DNA from: Candidatus Methylomirabilota bacterium
GTDB lineage: Bacteria > Eisenbacteria > RBG-16-71-46
Assembly: GCA_035606545.1 (NCBI GenBank)
Contig: DATNFC010000017.1
Span: 1-43,104, forward strand
DNA: 43,104 nucleotides
Reading direction: 5' to 3'
The notes under the pieces are model-generated. The model saw only the letters and a program-made list of their open reading frames with translations, did not search any database and was not told the origin of the DNA. This document shows, piece by piece, positions 17,442 through 25,239 of this stretch. Every line of letters starts with the position of its first letter. Position 1 is the first letter of the stretch. A program made the position numbers and the translations under genes.

Positions 17442-20400
17442 CTAGGCCCCGTCGCTGTCGCCGCTCGGCACGAGGTCGAAGTCGCCGGCGAGCACGCGCT
17501 CGAACCGGCCCGTGCGCCAGCCGCGTACGGCGTCGCGCACGAGCGGCGACGGCGTGCCGCGGTAGCGACGCACGATCGTGGGCGCGGGCGACGGCGCGCC
17601 CGCGAGCGCTTCCGCCGCCTGACGGGTCAGTCCGGCCTCGCCATCCGGGGACCCGCCGGAGGCGGGTGCGGGCACGAGCGGCTGCGGCAGCACGCGCACG
17701 CGCACGCTCGCGCGCTTGATGCCGCCGTCGGCGTTGCTCCCCCACTCGAGCACGTGCAATCCGTCTTCTTGCATGAGCACGATGTAGGACGAGAACCCAG
17801 AAATCGCAAGCCATACCGTGTCGCCGGAATGGCGCATGCTGGGTTTCAAGACGGCGATGCGCATGCCGCGCTGGCGCGCCCAGGCCTCGTACATGGCGGC
17901 GATGCGGCGCGAGAACTCCTGCTCGCCGCTGCGGTCGGGGCCGTCCGGGCCGGCCTGCACGTAGAGGAACGCATCGCGCGGGCCCGTGGTCATGGCCTCG
18001 TGGGCGGCGGCCTCGAGCAGCAGCATCTGCTGGGCAAGCCGCGCCACCATGTTGCGCGGCCACACCTGGCGCTGCGCGGCGCCGTCGCCGTCGAGCCGGG
18101 CGAGCAGCGAGCGGGCCGAGCGGGCGCCGGCCTCGATGCGGTCCATGTACTCGGCACGGCCCAGCACCTCGAAGCGGTCGCTCCGCTGCCAGAAGCCGTC
18201 GGTCGCGGGCATGGCGAGCCAGCGCGCCTTCGCCTCGCTCCACTCCGGCCCGTCGACACGCGCGCCGAAGCGCTGGAGGCTCGCGCGCAGCTCCTGCATC
18301 TCGGCCGCGGTGCCGTGCGCGTCCCAGGCGATCGCGCGCAGGTCCGCGCCGGGTCGCGCCGCGATGCCGGCCGCGGTGAGCACGCTCGCGGCACTCGGCG
18401 GCGCGTCGGGGTCCACGAACTCCACCGCCAGCGCGTCGCCGTCGGTGCGCACGAACAGGAACTGGTCGCCCTCGGGAACGCGGCGCTCGACGATCGTGCG
18501 TGCGAGCGGCGCGAGCAGGTAGCGCTCGAGGCTGCGCTTCAACGGCCGCGCGCCCAGGTCGGTGGTGAAGCCGCGGTCGAGCAGGAAGTCGATGGCTCCC
18601 TCTTCGATCTCCACCGCCCACTCGCGCCGGCGCAGGCCGCGGCGCGCGGAGGCGTCCGCGATCTCCTTCTGCAGGATCTTGCGCATGACGTCGCGCGTGA
18701 ACGGCCGGAACACCACGACGCGATCGAGGCGGTTCCGCAGCTCGGGCGCGAACGTGCGGCTCACCGAGCGCTCCACCATGGCGGCGCTGAAGCCGGCTTC
18801 CGAGCCTTCGGCGAAGCCCAGCCGCTCGCCCGAGGCGAGCATCGCGCCCAGGTTCGAGGTCAGGATGATGATGCTGTTGCGGAAATCCGCCGTCTCGCCC
18901 GCGGCGTCGGTCAGCCGGCCGTCGTCGAACACCGACAGGAACAGGTTCCAGATCCGCGGGTGCGCCTTCTCGAACTCGTCGAGCAGCACCACGGAAAACG
19001 GCTGGCGGCGGATCGCCGCCGCGAGCGAGCCCGCACCGGTGCCGCCCAGGTTCGCCGCGCCGGTCACGCGCTCCAACCCCAGCCCGTCGGCCAGCTCGCT
19101 CATGTCCAGCCGCAGCAGGCGATCTTCGGAGCCGAAGAGCCAGGTCGCGAGCGCTTTGGCGAGCTCGGTCTTGCCGGTTCCCGTGGGGCCCGCGAACAGG
19201 AACACGCCGTAGGGGCGCGCCGGGTCGGTGACGCCGGCCTTCAGCAGTGCCACGCGCTCGACGAGCGCGCTCACCGCGTCCGGCTGGCCGATGACGCGCT
19301 CCTCGAGCTTCGCGCGCAGCGCCTCGAGATCGAGCGCGCGCTTCTCGTCCAGCAGCTCCTCGGGAAGCCCGGTGAGGGACGACACCGCCGTCAACAGATC
19401 CGCGTGCTGCAGCTTCACCTCCGAGGCCTCGGGGCCCGCGGGCGCGACCGCGGTGACGGCGAGGTCGAGCATGCGCAGCACGCCGCCCGGCGCGCGCATG
19501 CTCGAGAGGTACTGGCGCGAGAGCTGCGCGGCCTCGTCCTGGAGCCACGGCTCGACGCCGACGCGGCGCTCGCGCGCGGTGCGTTCCGCCCACTGCTTCA
19601 AGAGCGCAGCCACGTCGGCGTCGCGCCACGGCGCCACGCGCACGATCTCGAACAGCCGGCCGATCTCGGGCCGCTCCGCGAGCAGGCGGTCGAGCGTGCC
19701 CGGCCGGGTCTCGCCCAGCGCGAGGATCTCACCCGACTCGAACGCCGGCATCAGCTGCTCGAGCGCGCCCGTGGGCGACTGCATCGCGCGGCCGCTCCAC
19801 AGCAGCTGGTGGAAGTCGGGCACGAGCCACAGCGACCGGGGCTCGGCGGCGAGCTGCTTGCGCACCTCGAGCAGGCGCCGCTCGAGCATGCCGACGAACG
19901 ACATGCCGGCGTTGAGCTGCGACGCCCCGGCCTCGAACACGCGCCAGCCGTCGCGCGAGAGGTGCGCGGCGACGCTGCGCGCGAGCGCGGTCTTGCCGAC
20001 GCCGGACTCGCCCACCACGAGCACCGGTCGCGGCGGCTGCGACGTGAGCGCCTTCATCACCTTGTCGAAGCACTCGGCGAGCGCTCCGGTCGTGAACACG
20101 GGCGGCTCGGGCATCTTGCCGCGCTCGTGCCACTGGCCGATGCCCTTCAGGTCGCCGAGGCTCTCGAGATCGGGCGGGGTCATGCCGGTGCGCGGGGGCA
20201 CACGCGGGCCCGACTGTTGCGCCGCCTTGAGGGTGCTGACGAACGGCTCGACGAGCGCGGGGTCCTGCTCCTGGAGCACGGCCTCGAGCAGCTCCTCGAT
20301 CCGCCCGGGCGACGGCAGCTCCACCCCCTCGAGCGTCAGCGGGAAGCGCGCCGCGCGCCGGCGCAGGAAGCGCTCCAACGAGACCGCGTGGCCGGTGCTC

Positions 20401-20915
20401 GCCCACTGCCGGTCGAGGCGCACGAGCAGACGGCCCGCGAGCGTGGGGTCGTCCGCGTGCCAGGCCTCGAGCACGCGCAGCACGCCGTCGCCGTTCCACG
20501 GGTGGAAGCGGTTGAGCTGCGCCCAGAGCTGCGGCTCGAGCGCCTCGTCACGCGGCCGCACGCACAGCGCGTCCAGCGCCGCGATCGCCGGGTAGAGCCG
20601 CTCGCCCTGCACCAGTCCCAGCAGCAGCTCGCCGGGCACGTTGGCATCGGTGAGCAGCTTCACCGCCTCGCGATAGCCGGGCAGCGCCACCAGGTGCTCG
20701 GGGCGCGTGACCTCCGGCGAGACCTGCGTGATCTCGAACAGCAGCATGTAGAGCTGCCGGAGCAGCGGGTCTGTCATGCCGCGGTCGGGGCCCTCGGCCT
20801 GCGGCTGGCGGACCGGCAGCGCCGGACCGGGCTGGCCCTGGTTGCGCCGGCGGTTGTACCACGCGAGCGCCAGGATCGCGGCGAGCGCGACGAGAATGCC
20901 GAGGCTGCTGTTCAT
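17442..20915 (-). CDS. Membrane-anchored Clp/Hsp100-type double AAA+ ATPase with a C-terminal GGQ-less release-factor-2-like module
   Basis: ATG 20915. The TM helix is SLGILVALAAILALAWY. D1 Walker A is GESGVGKT. D2 has GPTGTGKTELAKALA, VVLLDEFEKAHP, IIILTSNLG and GARPLKRSLERYL. The C-terminal blocks FWQRSDRFEVLGRAE, FLYVQAGPDG, AAMYEAWARQRGMRIAVL, DGLHVLEW and IVRRY...LVRD...RTGRFERVLAGDFD parallel RF2. The 3474-nt frame is uninterrupted. Confidence 0.9.
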   Translation of the reverse strand: MNSSLGILVALAAILALAWYNRRRNQGQPGPALPVRQPQAEGPDRGMTDPLLRQLYMLLFEITQVSPEVTRPEHLVALPGYREAVKLLTDANVPGELLLGLVQGERLYPAIAALDALCVRPRDEALEPQLWAQLNRFHPWNGDGVLRVLEAWHADDPTLAGRLLVRLDRQWASTGHAVSLERFLRRRAARFPLTLEGVELPSPGRIEELLEAVLQEQDPALVEPFVSTLKAAQQSGPRVPPRTGMTPPDLESLGDLKGIGQWHERGKMPEPPVFTTGALAECFDKVMKALTSQPPRPVLVVGESGVGKTALARSVAAHLSRDGWRVFEAGASQLNAGMSFVGMLERRLLEVRKQLAAEPRSLWLVPDFHQLLWSGRAMQSPTGALEQLMPAFESGEILALGETRPGTLDRLLAERPEIGRLFEIVRVAPWRDADVAALLKQWAERTARERRVGVEPWLQDEAAQLSRQYLSSMRAPGGVLRMLDLAVTAVAPAGPEASEVKLQHADLLTAVSSLTGLPEELLDEKRALDLEALRAKLEERVIGQPDAVSALVERVALLKAGVTDPARPYGVFLFAGPTGTGKTELAKALATWLFGSEDRLLRLDMSELADGLGLERVTGAANLGGTGAGSLAAAIRRQPFSVVLLDEFEKAHPRIWNLFLSVFDDGRLTDAAGETADFRNSIIILTSNLGAMLASGERLGFAEGSEAGFSAAMVERSVSRTFAPELRNRLDRVVVFRPFTRDVMRKILQKEIADASARRGLRRREWAVEIEEGAIDFLLDRGFTTDLGARPLKRSLERYLLAPLARTIVERRVPEGDQFLFVRTDGDALAVEFVDPDAPPSAASVLTAAGIAARPGADLRAIAWDAHGTAAEMQELRASLQRFGARVDGPEWSEAKARWLAMPATDGFWQRSDRFEVLGRAEYMDRIEAGARSARSLLARLDGDGAAQRQVWPRNMVARLAQQMLLLEAAAHEAMTTGPRDAFLYVQAGPDGPDRSGEQEFSRRIAAMYEAWARQRGMRIAVLKPSMRHSGDTVWLAISGFSSYIVLMQEDGLHVLEWGSNADGGIKRASVRVRVLPQPLVPAPASGGSPDGEAGLTRQAAEALAGAPSPAPTIVRRYRGTPSPLVRDAVRGWRTGRFERVLAGDFDLVPSGDSDGA

Positions 20916-20981
20916 GAAAGGCGGCCCGTCCTCGAGGGTCCATACGCTGCCGGGGGCGCAGTGGGAATGGCGAGTGTGTCA

Positions 20982-21018
20982 GAGACGCGGCTGCGGAGCG
21001 AGTGCGGAATTCCGTCTC
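20982..21018 (-). terminator. Candidate stem-loop at the rmd stop codon (possible terminator or insulator before the AAA+ gene)
   Basis: On the minus-strand RNA, GAGACGG pairs with CCGCGUCUC with one bulge (about 7-8 bp) and a loop of about 20 nt containing the palindrome cggaattccg (21005-21014). No U-tract. Confidence 0.2.
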
Positions 21019-21970
21019 AGGCGCTCGCCGCCCGCCACTCGGCCAGGACGTCGCCGAGCGTCGAGGCGAACGGGAGTTGCACGCTCCAGCCCACCTCGGC
21101 CGTGGTGAGCGAGGGATCGCCCACGAGCCACGGTGTGTCGGCGGGACGCAGGCGCGCGGGGTCCACCTCGACGGTGAGCTTCACGCGCGACATTCTCACG
21201 AGCTCCTTTAGCAGGTCGGCGAGCAGCACGCCCTCGCCGCGGCAGAGGTTGTAGACGGCGCCCGCGCGCCCGCGCTCGAGCAGAGCGCAGTAGCCCGCGA
21301 CGATGTCGCGGACGTCACTGAGGTCGCGCGTCACCTCGAGGTTCCCGACGCGCAGCACCGGCTCGGCCTTCCCCGCCTCGATCGCCGCGACCTGCTGGGC
21401 GAACGCAGGCACCACGAAACGCGGCGTCTGCCCGGGCCCGGTGTGGCCGAACGGTCGCGCGCGCACCACGTCGAGCCGGTGCGTGGCTGCGTACTCCGCC
21501 GCGATCTGCTCGGCGGCCGCCTTGCTCACGGCGTACGGGCTCACGGGCGCGAACGCGTGCGTTTCGGCGGCGCGCGTGCCCGGCGCGATCGGGCCATAGA
21601 CCTCGCTCGTGCTCACGACCACGACGCGCGCCGCAGGCGCGTGCGCGCGCACGGCCTCGAGCAGCGTCCACGTGCCGGTGACGTTGGCGCGGAACGTGGC
21701 CTCGGGCGCCTCGAACGACTTGGCGGCGCTGCTCTGGCCCGCGAGGTGGACGACCGCGTCGAGCGGCGCGGCCGCCAGCGCCGCCTCGGCTTGAGCCGGC
21801 AGTGAAAAGTCGGCCTCGTGCCAGTCCGCGAGCGGCGTGGCTTTCGCAGGCGCACCCAGCCCCGCGCCGCGAACGGTCGCGCCCCGCGCGACGAGCGCAC
21901 GCACGAGGTGCGGGCCGACGAAGCCGCCGGCGCCGGTGACGAGCACGCGCGCGGACCTGAGAGCGGTCAC
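21017..21970 (-). CDS. rmd: GDP-4-dehydro-6-deoxy-D-mannose reductase-like SDR (Rmd type)
   Basis: RVLVTGAGGFVGPHL, VSTSEVYG, SPYAVSKAAAE, ARPFGHTGPGQ, VGNLEVTRDLSDVRD, GAVYNLCRG and VDPARLRPAD follow the P. aeruginosa Rmd pattern as I recall it (ARPFNHIGPGQ, DPARMRRAE). GTG 21970 overlaps the upstream TGA (GTGA). Confidence 0.82.
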   Translation of the reverse strand: MTALRSARVLVTGAGGFVGPHLVRALVARGATVRGAGLGAPAKATPLADWHEADFSLPAQAEAALAAAPLDAVVHLAGQSSAAKSFEAPEATFRANVTGTWTLLEAVRAHAPAARVVVVSTSEVYGPIAPGTRAAETHAFAPVSPYAVSKAAAEQIAAEYAATHRLDVVRARPFGHTGPGQTPRFVVPAFAQQVAAIEAGKAEPVLRVGNLEVTRDLSDVRDIVAGYCALLERGRAGAVYNLCRGEGVLLADLLKELVRMSRVKLTVEVDPARLRPADTPWLVGDPSLTTAEVGWSVQLPFASTLGDVLAEWRAASA

Positions 21971-23520
21971 GGCGCCACCCCGCGACGGGCGAGCCGCGTG
22001 AGCTCGCCCCAGGCGACGTGGCGCGTGGCGAGCAGCACCACGAGCGCCACGACGCCCGCGACGCCGCTCGACGCGACCAGCGCGACCCAGGGCGAATGCA
22101 GCGCGCGTTCGACCGACGCGCCAGCGGCGAAACCCGCCGCGATCGCGAGCGCCGGGAACACGAACGGCTCCCACAGCGCGTGCGCTGCCGGCCAGTGCTG
22201 GTCGCGCGTCAACCGCAGCGCGAGCCACAGCGCCCCGACCAGGTTCGCGACCGTGATCGCGGCGAGCGCGCCGGCCAGCCCGAGCCGCGGCACGAGCAGC
22301 ACGCCGAGCCCCGCGTGGAGCGCGAGCGCCAGCGCCGACCACTCGAGCTCGATCGACGTGCGCCCGACGCCGCGCGCGATCGCGCTCGAGACGCCGCCCG
22401 CCACCGCGGCGAACGCCGCGAGCGCGAGCCCGCGCAGCGCCAGCGCTGCGTCCGGCTCAGGATGCCCGAGCCAGGCCGCGAACAGCGATGGCGCCGACCC
22501 GACGAGTGCGGCGGTGACAACGGCGGCGAGGCCGGTCACGAACCGGCCGGCGCGGCGGTGCAGCTCGCGCAGGCGGTCCGCGGCCGCCTGCGCGTGGAGC
22601 GCCGAGGCCTCGGGGATCATCGCCACGAGCAGCAGCTGCGAGAACGTGCTGCACGCGGTCGACACCCGGAGTCCCAGCTCGTACGGCACCACGGACGCCA
22701 GCGACAGCATGCGCACGAGCAGCACCTTCCCGAGCTGCTGGTGCATGACCGCGATCCCGTTGGCCAGCTGGAGCGGCATGCCGAAGCCCATCGCCTCGGG
22801 AAGGCGCGAGCGCGCCTGGCTCACCGTGCCCCAGCGCAGGCCCGGCGCGCCGCGCGCCACGAGCACGAGGCCCAACGCGAGTGCGACGAGCCAGCCCACG
22901 ATCACGGCGAGCAGACAGGCGGCGAACGTTTCGGGCTGGCGGAGCGCCACGAGCAACGCCGCCACCTGCACCAGCGACACCGTCAGCGTGACCACGTTCG
23001 CGAGGTCGAAGCGATCCCAGGCCTGGAGCAGGGCCGCCGTGGTGTTGGTGACGCCCGAGAGCAGGAACACTGGCGCCCCGGCGAGGAACGCGAGGCGGGC
23101 CCATGCGCGGGCGTCACCGTGGATATGCAGGATGTCGAGCACCGGCTCGCGCAGCGCCAGCACCAGCAGCAGCCAGACGATCCCGAGCGCCCCGTAACCC
23201 AGCACCGCGAGCGTCGCGTACTCGCCGGCCTCGTTCCCGGCGCCGCGCGCGCGCGCCGCGGCGCCGTAGCGCAGCGCCACCTGCGCGAAGCCGAGATCCA
23301 GCGACCCCATCCAGCCCGCGAGCGCGTAGAACAGCGACCACACGCCGAAGCCCTCGGGCCCGAGCGCGCGCACGAGCGACGGCGTGAGCAGCAGCCAGGC
23401 GAGGATCGCGACGACGCGGCCGCTCGCCGAGTGGAACGAGTTGCGCGCCAGGCGCACGCCCATCCCACGCGGCGGGGTACCCGCACGCTTGCGTGCGGGT
23501 CCGGCGGCCGATTCGTTCAT
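21967..23520 (-). CDS. Polysaccharide flippase / MOP-superfamily membrane protein (second Wzx-like)
   Basis: Multiple TM segments. LARNSFHSASGRVVAILAWLLLTPSLVRALGPEGFGVWSLFYALAGWMGSLDLGF is typical of polysaccharide biosynthesis (PST) proteins. ATG 23520. Confidence 0.82.
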   Translation of the reverse strand: MNESAAGPARKRAGTPPRGMGVRLARNSFHSASGRVVAILAWLLLTPSLVRALGPEGFGVWSLFYALAGWMGSLDLGFAQVALRYGAAARARGAGNEAGEYATLAVLGYGALGIVWLLLVLALREPVLDILHIHGDARAWARLAFLAGAPVFLLSGVTNTTAALLQAWDRFDLANVVTLTVSLVQVAALLVALRQPETFAACLLAVIVGWLVALALGLVLVARGAPGLRWGTVSQARSRLPEAMGFGMPLQLANGIAVMHQQLGKVLLVRMLSLASVVPYELGLRVSTACSTFSQLLLVAMIPEASALHAQAAADRLRELHRRAGRFVTGLAAVVTAALVGSAPSLFAAWLGHPEPDAALALRGLALAAFAAVAGGVSSAIARGVGRTSIELEWSALALALHAGLGVLLVPRLGLAGALAAITVANLVGALWLALRLTRDQHWPAAHALWEPFVFPALAIAAGFAAGASVERALHSPWVALVASSGVAGVVALVVLLATRHVAWGELTRLARRGVAP

Positions 23521-23526
23521 CCGCCG

Positions 23527-24297
23527 CTAGATGAACCGCCGGCCGCGCGTGCGGAACTCGCGCACTGCGGCCGCGTCGGGATAGGTGAAGTAGCTCGCGC
23601 GCGTCATGTCCATGGGCTCGCGCGGGGCGTCGCCGCGCTCGATGCGCTCCAGGGCCTCGAGCAGCGCGTGCCGGCCCACGTCCACCTTCGAGCGCAGCAC
23701 GAGCCGGTGCACGGTGTCGCGCGGCTCGATCGTGACGCGGCGCTGGAGCAGCACGTCGCCGTGGTCCAGCTGCTCGTCCATCCAGTGCACGGTGACGCCG
23801 GTCTCGGGCTCGCCCTTCGCCAGGACCCAGAACGAGGGGAAGATGCCCTGGTAGCGCGGCAGCAGCGCGCCGTGCAGGTTGATGGCGCCCTTCACCGGCA
23901 CGGCGAGCAACGCGCCCGAGAGCTTCTGCGGGCAGGCGAGCGACACCAGCAGGTCGACGCCGCGCGCACGCAGCGCGGCGATGAACTCGGGCGCGTTCAC
24001 CTTCTCCACGTGCTCGACGGGAACGCGGGCGCGGCGCGCCGCGGATGCGACCGAGTGGCTCGAGCGTAGCGGCAGCACGCGCGAGAGCAGGTCGAGAGCG
24101 CGGTACCACGTCAGGTTCACGACCTGGAACGCGAAGTCGCGCGCGCCCATCATGCGCAGGAAACGCAGCGCGCGGCCGGCCTGCATCTCACCCGGCACGA
24201 TCGCAACGCCCACCACGTCGCGGCGCTGCTCGAGCAGCAGGTCCAGGATCCGCGGGATGTAGAAGGCGTCCTCCTGCGTGAGGACCTGGATGCGCAC
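23527..24297 (-). CDS. Formyltransferase (Fmt/ArnA N-terminal-domain-like)
   Basis: INLHGALLPRYQGIFPSFW (Asn/His of the formyltransferase catalytic site) and GVTVHWMDEQLDHGDVLLQ (catalytic Asp). GTG 24297. Confidence 0.85.
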   Translation of the reverse strand: MRIQVLTQEDAFYIPRILDLLLEQRRDVVGVAIVPGEMQAGRALRFLRMMGARDFAFQVVNLTWYRALDLLSRVLPLRSSHSVASAARRARVPVEHVEKVNAPEFIAALRARGVDLLVSLACPQKLSGALLAVPVKGAINLHGALLPRYQGIFPSFWVLAKGEPETGVTVHWMDEQLDHGDVLLQRRVTIEPRDTVHRLVLRSKVDVGRHALLEALERIERGDAPREPMDMTRASYFTYPDAAAVREFRTRGRRFI

Positions 24298-24307
24298 GCG
24301 CGGTGGC

Positions 24308-25177
24308 CTAGAGTCCTGCGCGGGTGAACTCTTCGGCGAACGCCTCGCGCATGGGCACGAACGCGAAGTCCGCCAGCAGCTGTCGCGTCTTTTCCGCAGT
24401 GGAATCCAGCCGGTGGTAGTGCGTGAACCCGGCGAGCCGGCGCGGCACCTTGATCCGCGGCTGGGCGGTGTCGAACTCCCACGGGTGGACGTAGAACACG
24501 AGCCCGTGCGACTCGTGGCTCAGCAGGTGGCGTCCGAGCGCGCGCGTGACGCTGTAGGGATAGAGCCGGAAGTAGCCGCCACCGCCCAACGGCAGGTTCA
24601 CGCCCAGCGCGCTCTCCGGGCCCGGAACGCGCACCGTCGAGAGCGGCACCTCGAACACCTTCATACCCGACGGCGTGCGCATCCAGCCCGGACGGCGTAC
24701 CGCCTCGGGGATGCCGTAGCGGTAGTTGTGCGTCGGGAACACGCTCGAGTCGTAGATGAAGCCCTCGTCGAGAAGGATGTCGAGCGCCCACAGCGCGTCC
24801 TGCGTGATCGAGAAGAACGGCGCGCGGTAGCCGAGCACCGTCGTGCCGGACTGGTCCTCGAGGATCTGCTTCGAGCGCCGGAGCTCGTCGCGGAACTGCT
24901 CGGGGCCCTGGCGGTAGACGAACCGGTGCGAGTAGCCGTGCGACGCGATCTCGTGGCCCATCGCCGCGAGCCTCGGCACCAGGTGCGGCGAGCGCTCGGC
25001 CTGCCAGCCGAGCACGAAGAACGTGGCGCGCACGCCGGCCCGGTCGAGCAGCTCGAGCAGCACCTCGAGCCCCTTCTCGATCCGCGACGGGTAGCGGCCC
25101 CACTGGTCCATGTCGATCTCGAGGCCCTGGTACCAATCCTCGAGGTCGACGCTGAACACGTTCCGCACCACGCGCAC
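24308..25177 (-). CDS. Polysaccharide deacetylase family protein with DUF3473-type C-terminal region (EPS-locus type)
   Basis: FSVDLEDWYQ, ATFFVLGW, GHEIASHGYSH, GYRAPFFS and LPLGGGGYFRLYPY are hallmarks of the NodB-fold deacetylases found in exosortase/EPS loci. GTG 25177 is preceded by GAGG. Confidence 0.88.
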   Translation of the reverse strand: MRVVRNVFSVDLEDWYQGLEIDMDQWGRYPSRIEKGLEVLLELLDRAGVRATFFVLGWQAERSPHLVPRLAAMGHEIASHGYSHRFVYRQGPEQFRDELRRSKQILEDQSGTTVLGYRAPFFSITQDALWALDILLDEGFIYDSSVFPTHNYRYGIPEAVRRPGWMRTPSGMKVFEVPLSTVRVPGPESALGVNLPLGGGGYFRLYPYSVTRALGRHLLSHESHGLVFYVHPWEFDTAQPRIKVPRRLAGFTHYHRLDSTAEKTRQLLADFAFVPMREAFAEEFTRAGL

Positions 25178-25239
25178 GGCCGCCTCGGGCGCGCTCCACG
25201 CCGGGGCGAGCGGGCGGCGGGCGAGCGAGTCAGGAAGCG

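Noticed and set aside
20910-20918. Recurrence of the A/T-rich 9-mer GTTCATGAA / TTCATGAAC: at the AAA+ start codon, in both arms of the 33396-33563 element, and at 27382-27390
   Set aside because: One copy lies inside the OPT coding sequence (FFMNWK) and another is simply the ATG-AAC start of a gene. I could not scan exhaustively, so the apparent enrichment is not demonstrable by eye.
17379-21254. 1291-aa plus-strand ORF covering the whole AAA+/RF gene region
   Set aside because: It is antisense to a gene with unmistakable Clp/Hsp100 motifs. Its translation is Arg/Ala/Gly/His-rich low-complexity sequence (ERRRRAAVATHDRGRGRRRARE...) with no recognisable domain. This is the typical stop-poor antisense frame of very high-GC DNA.
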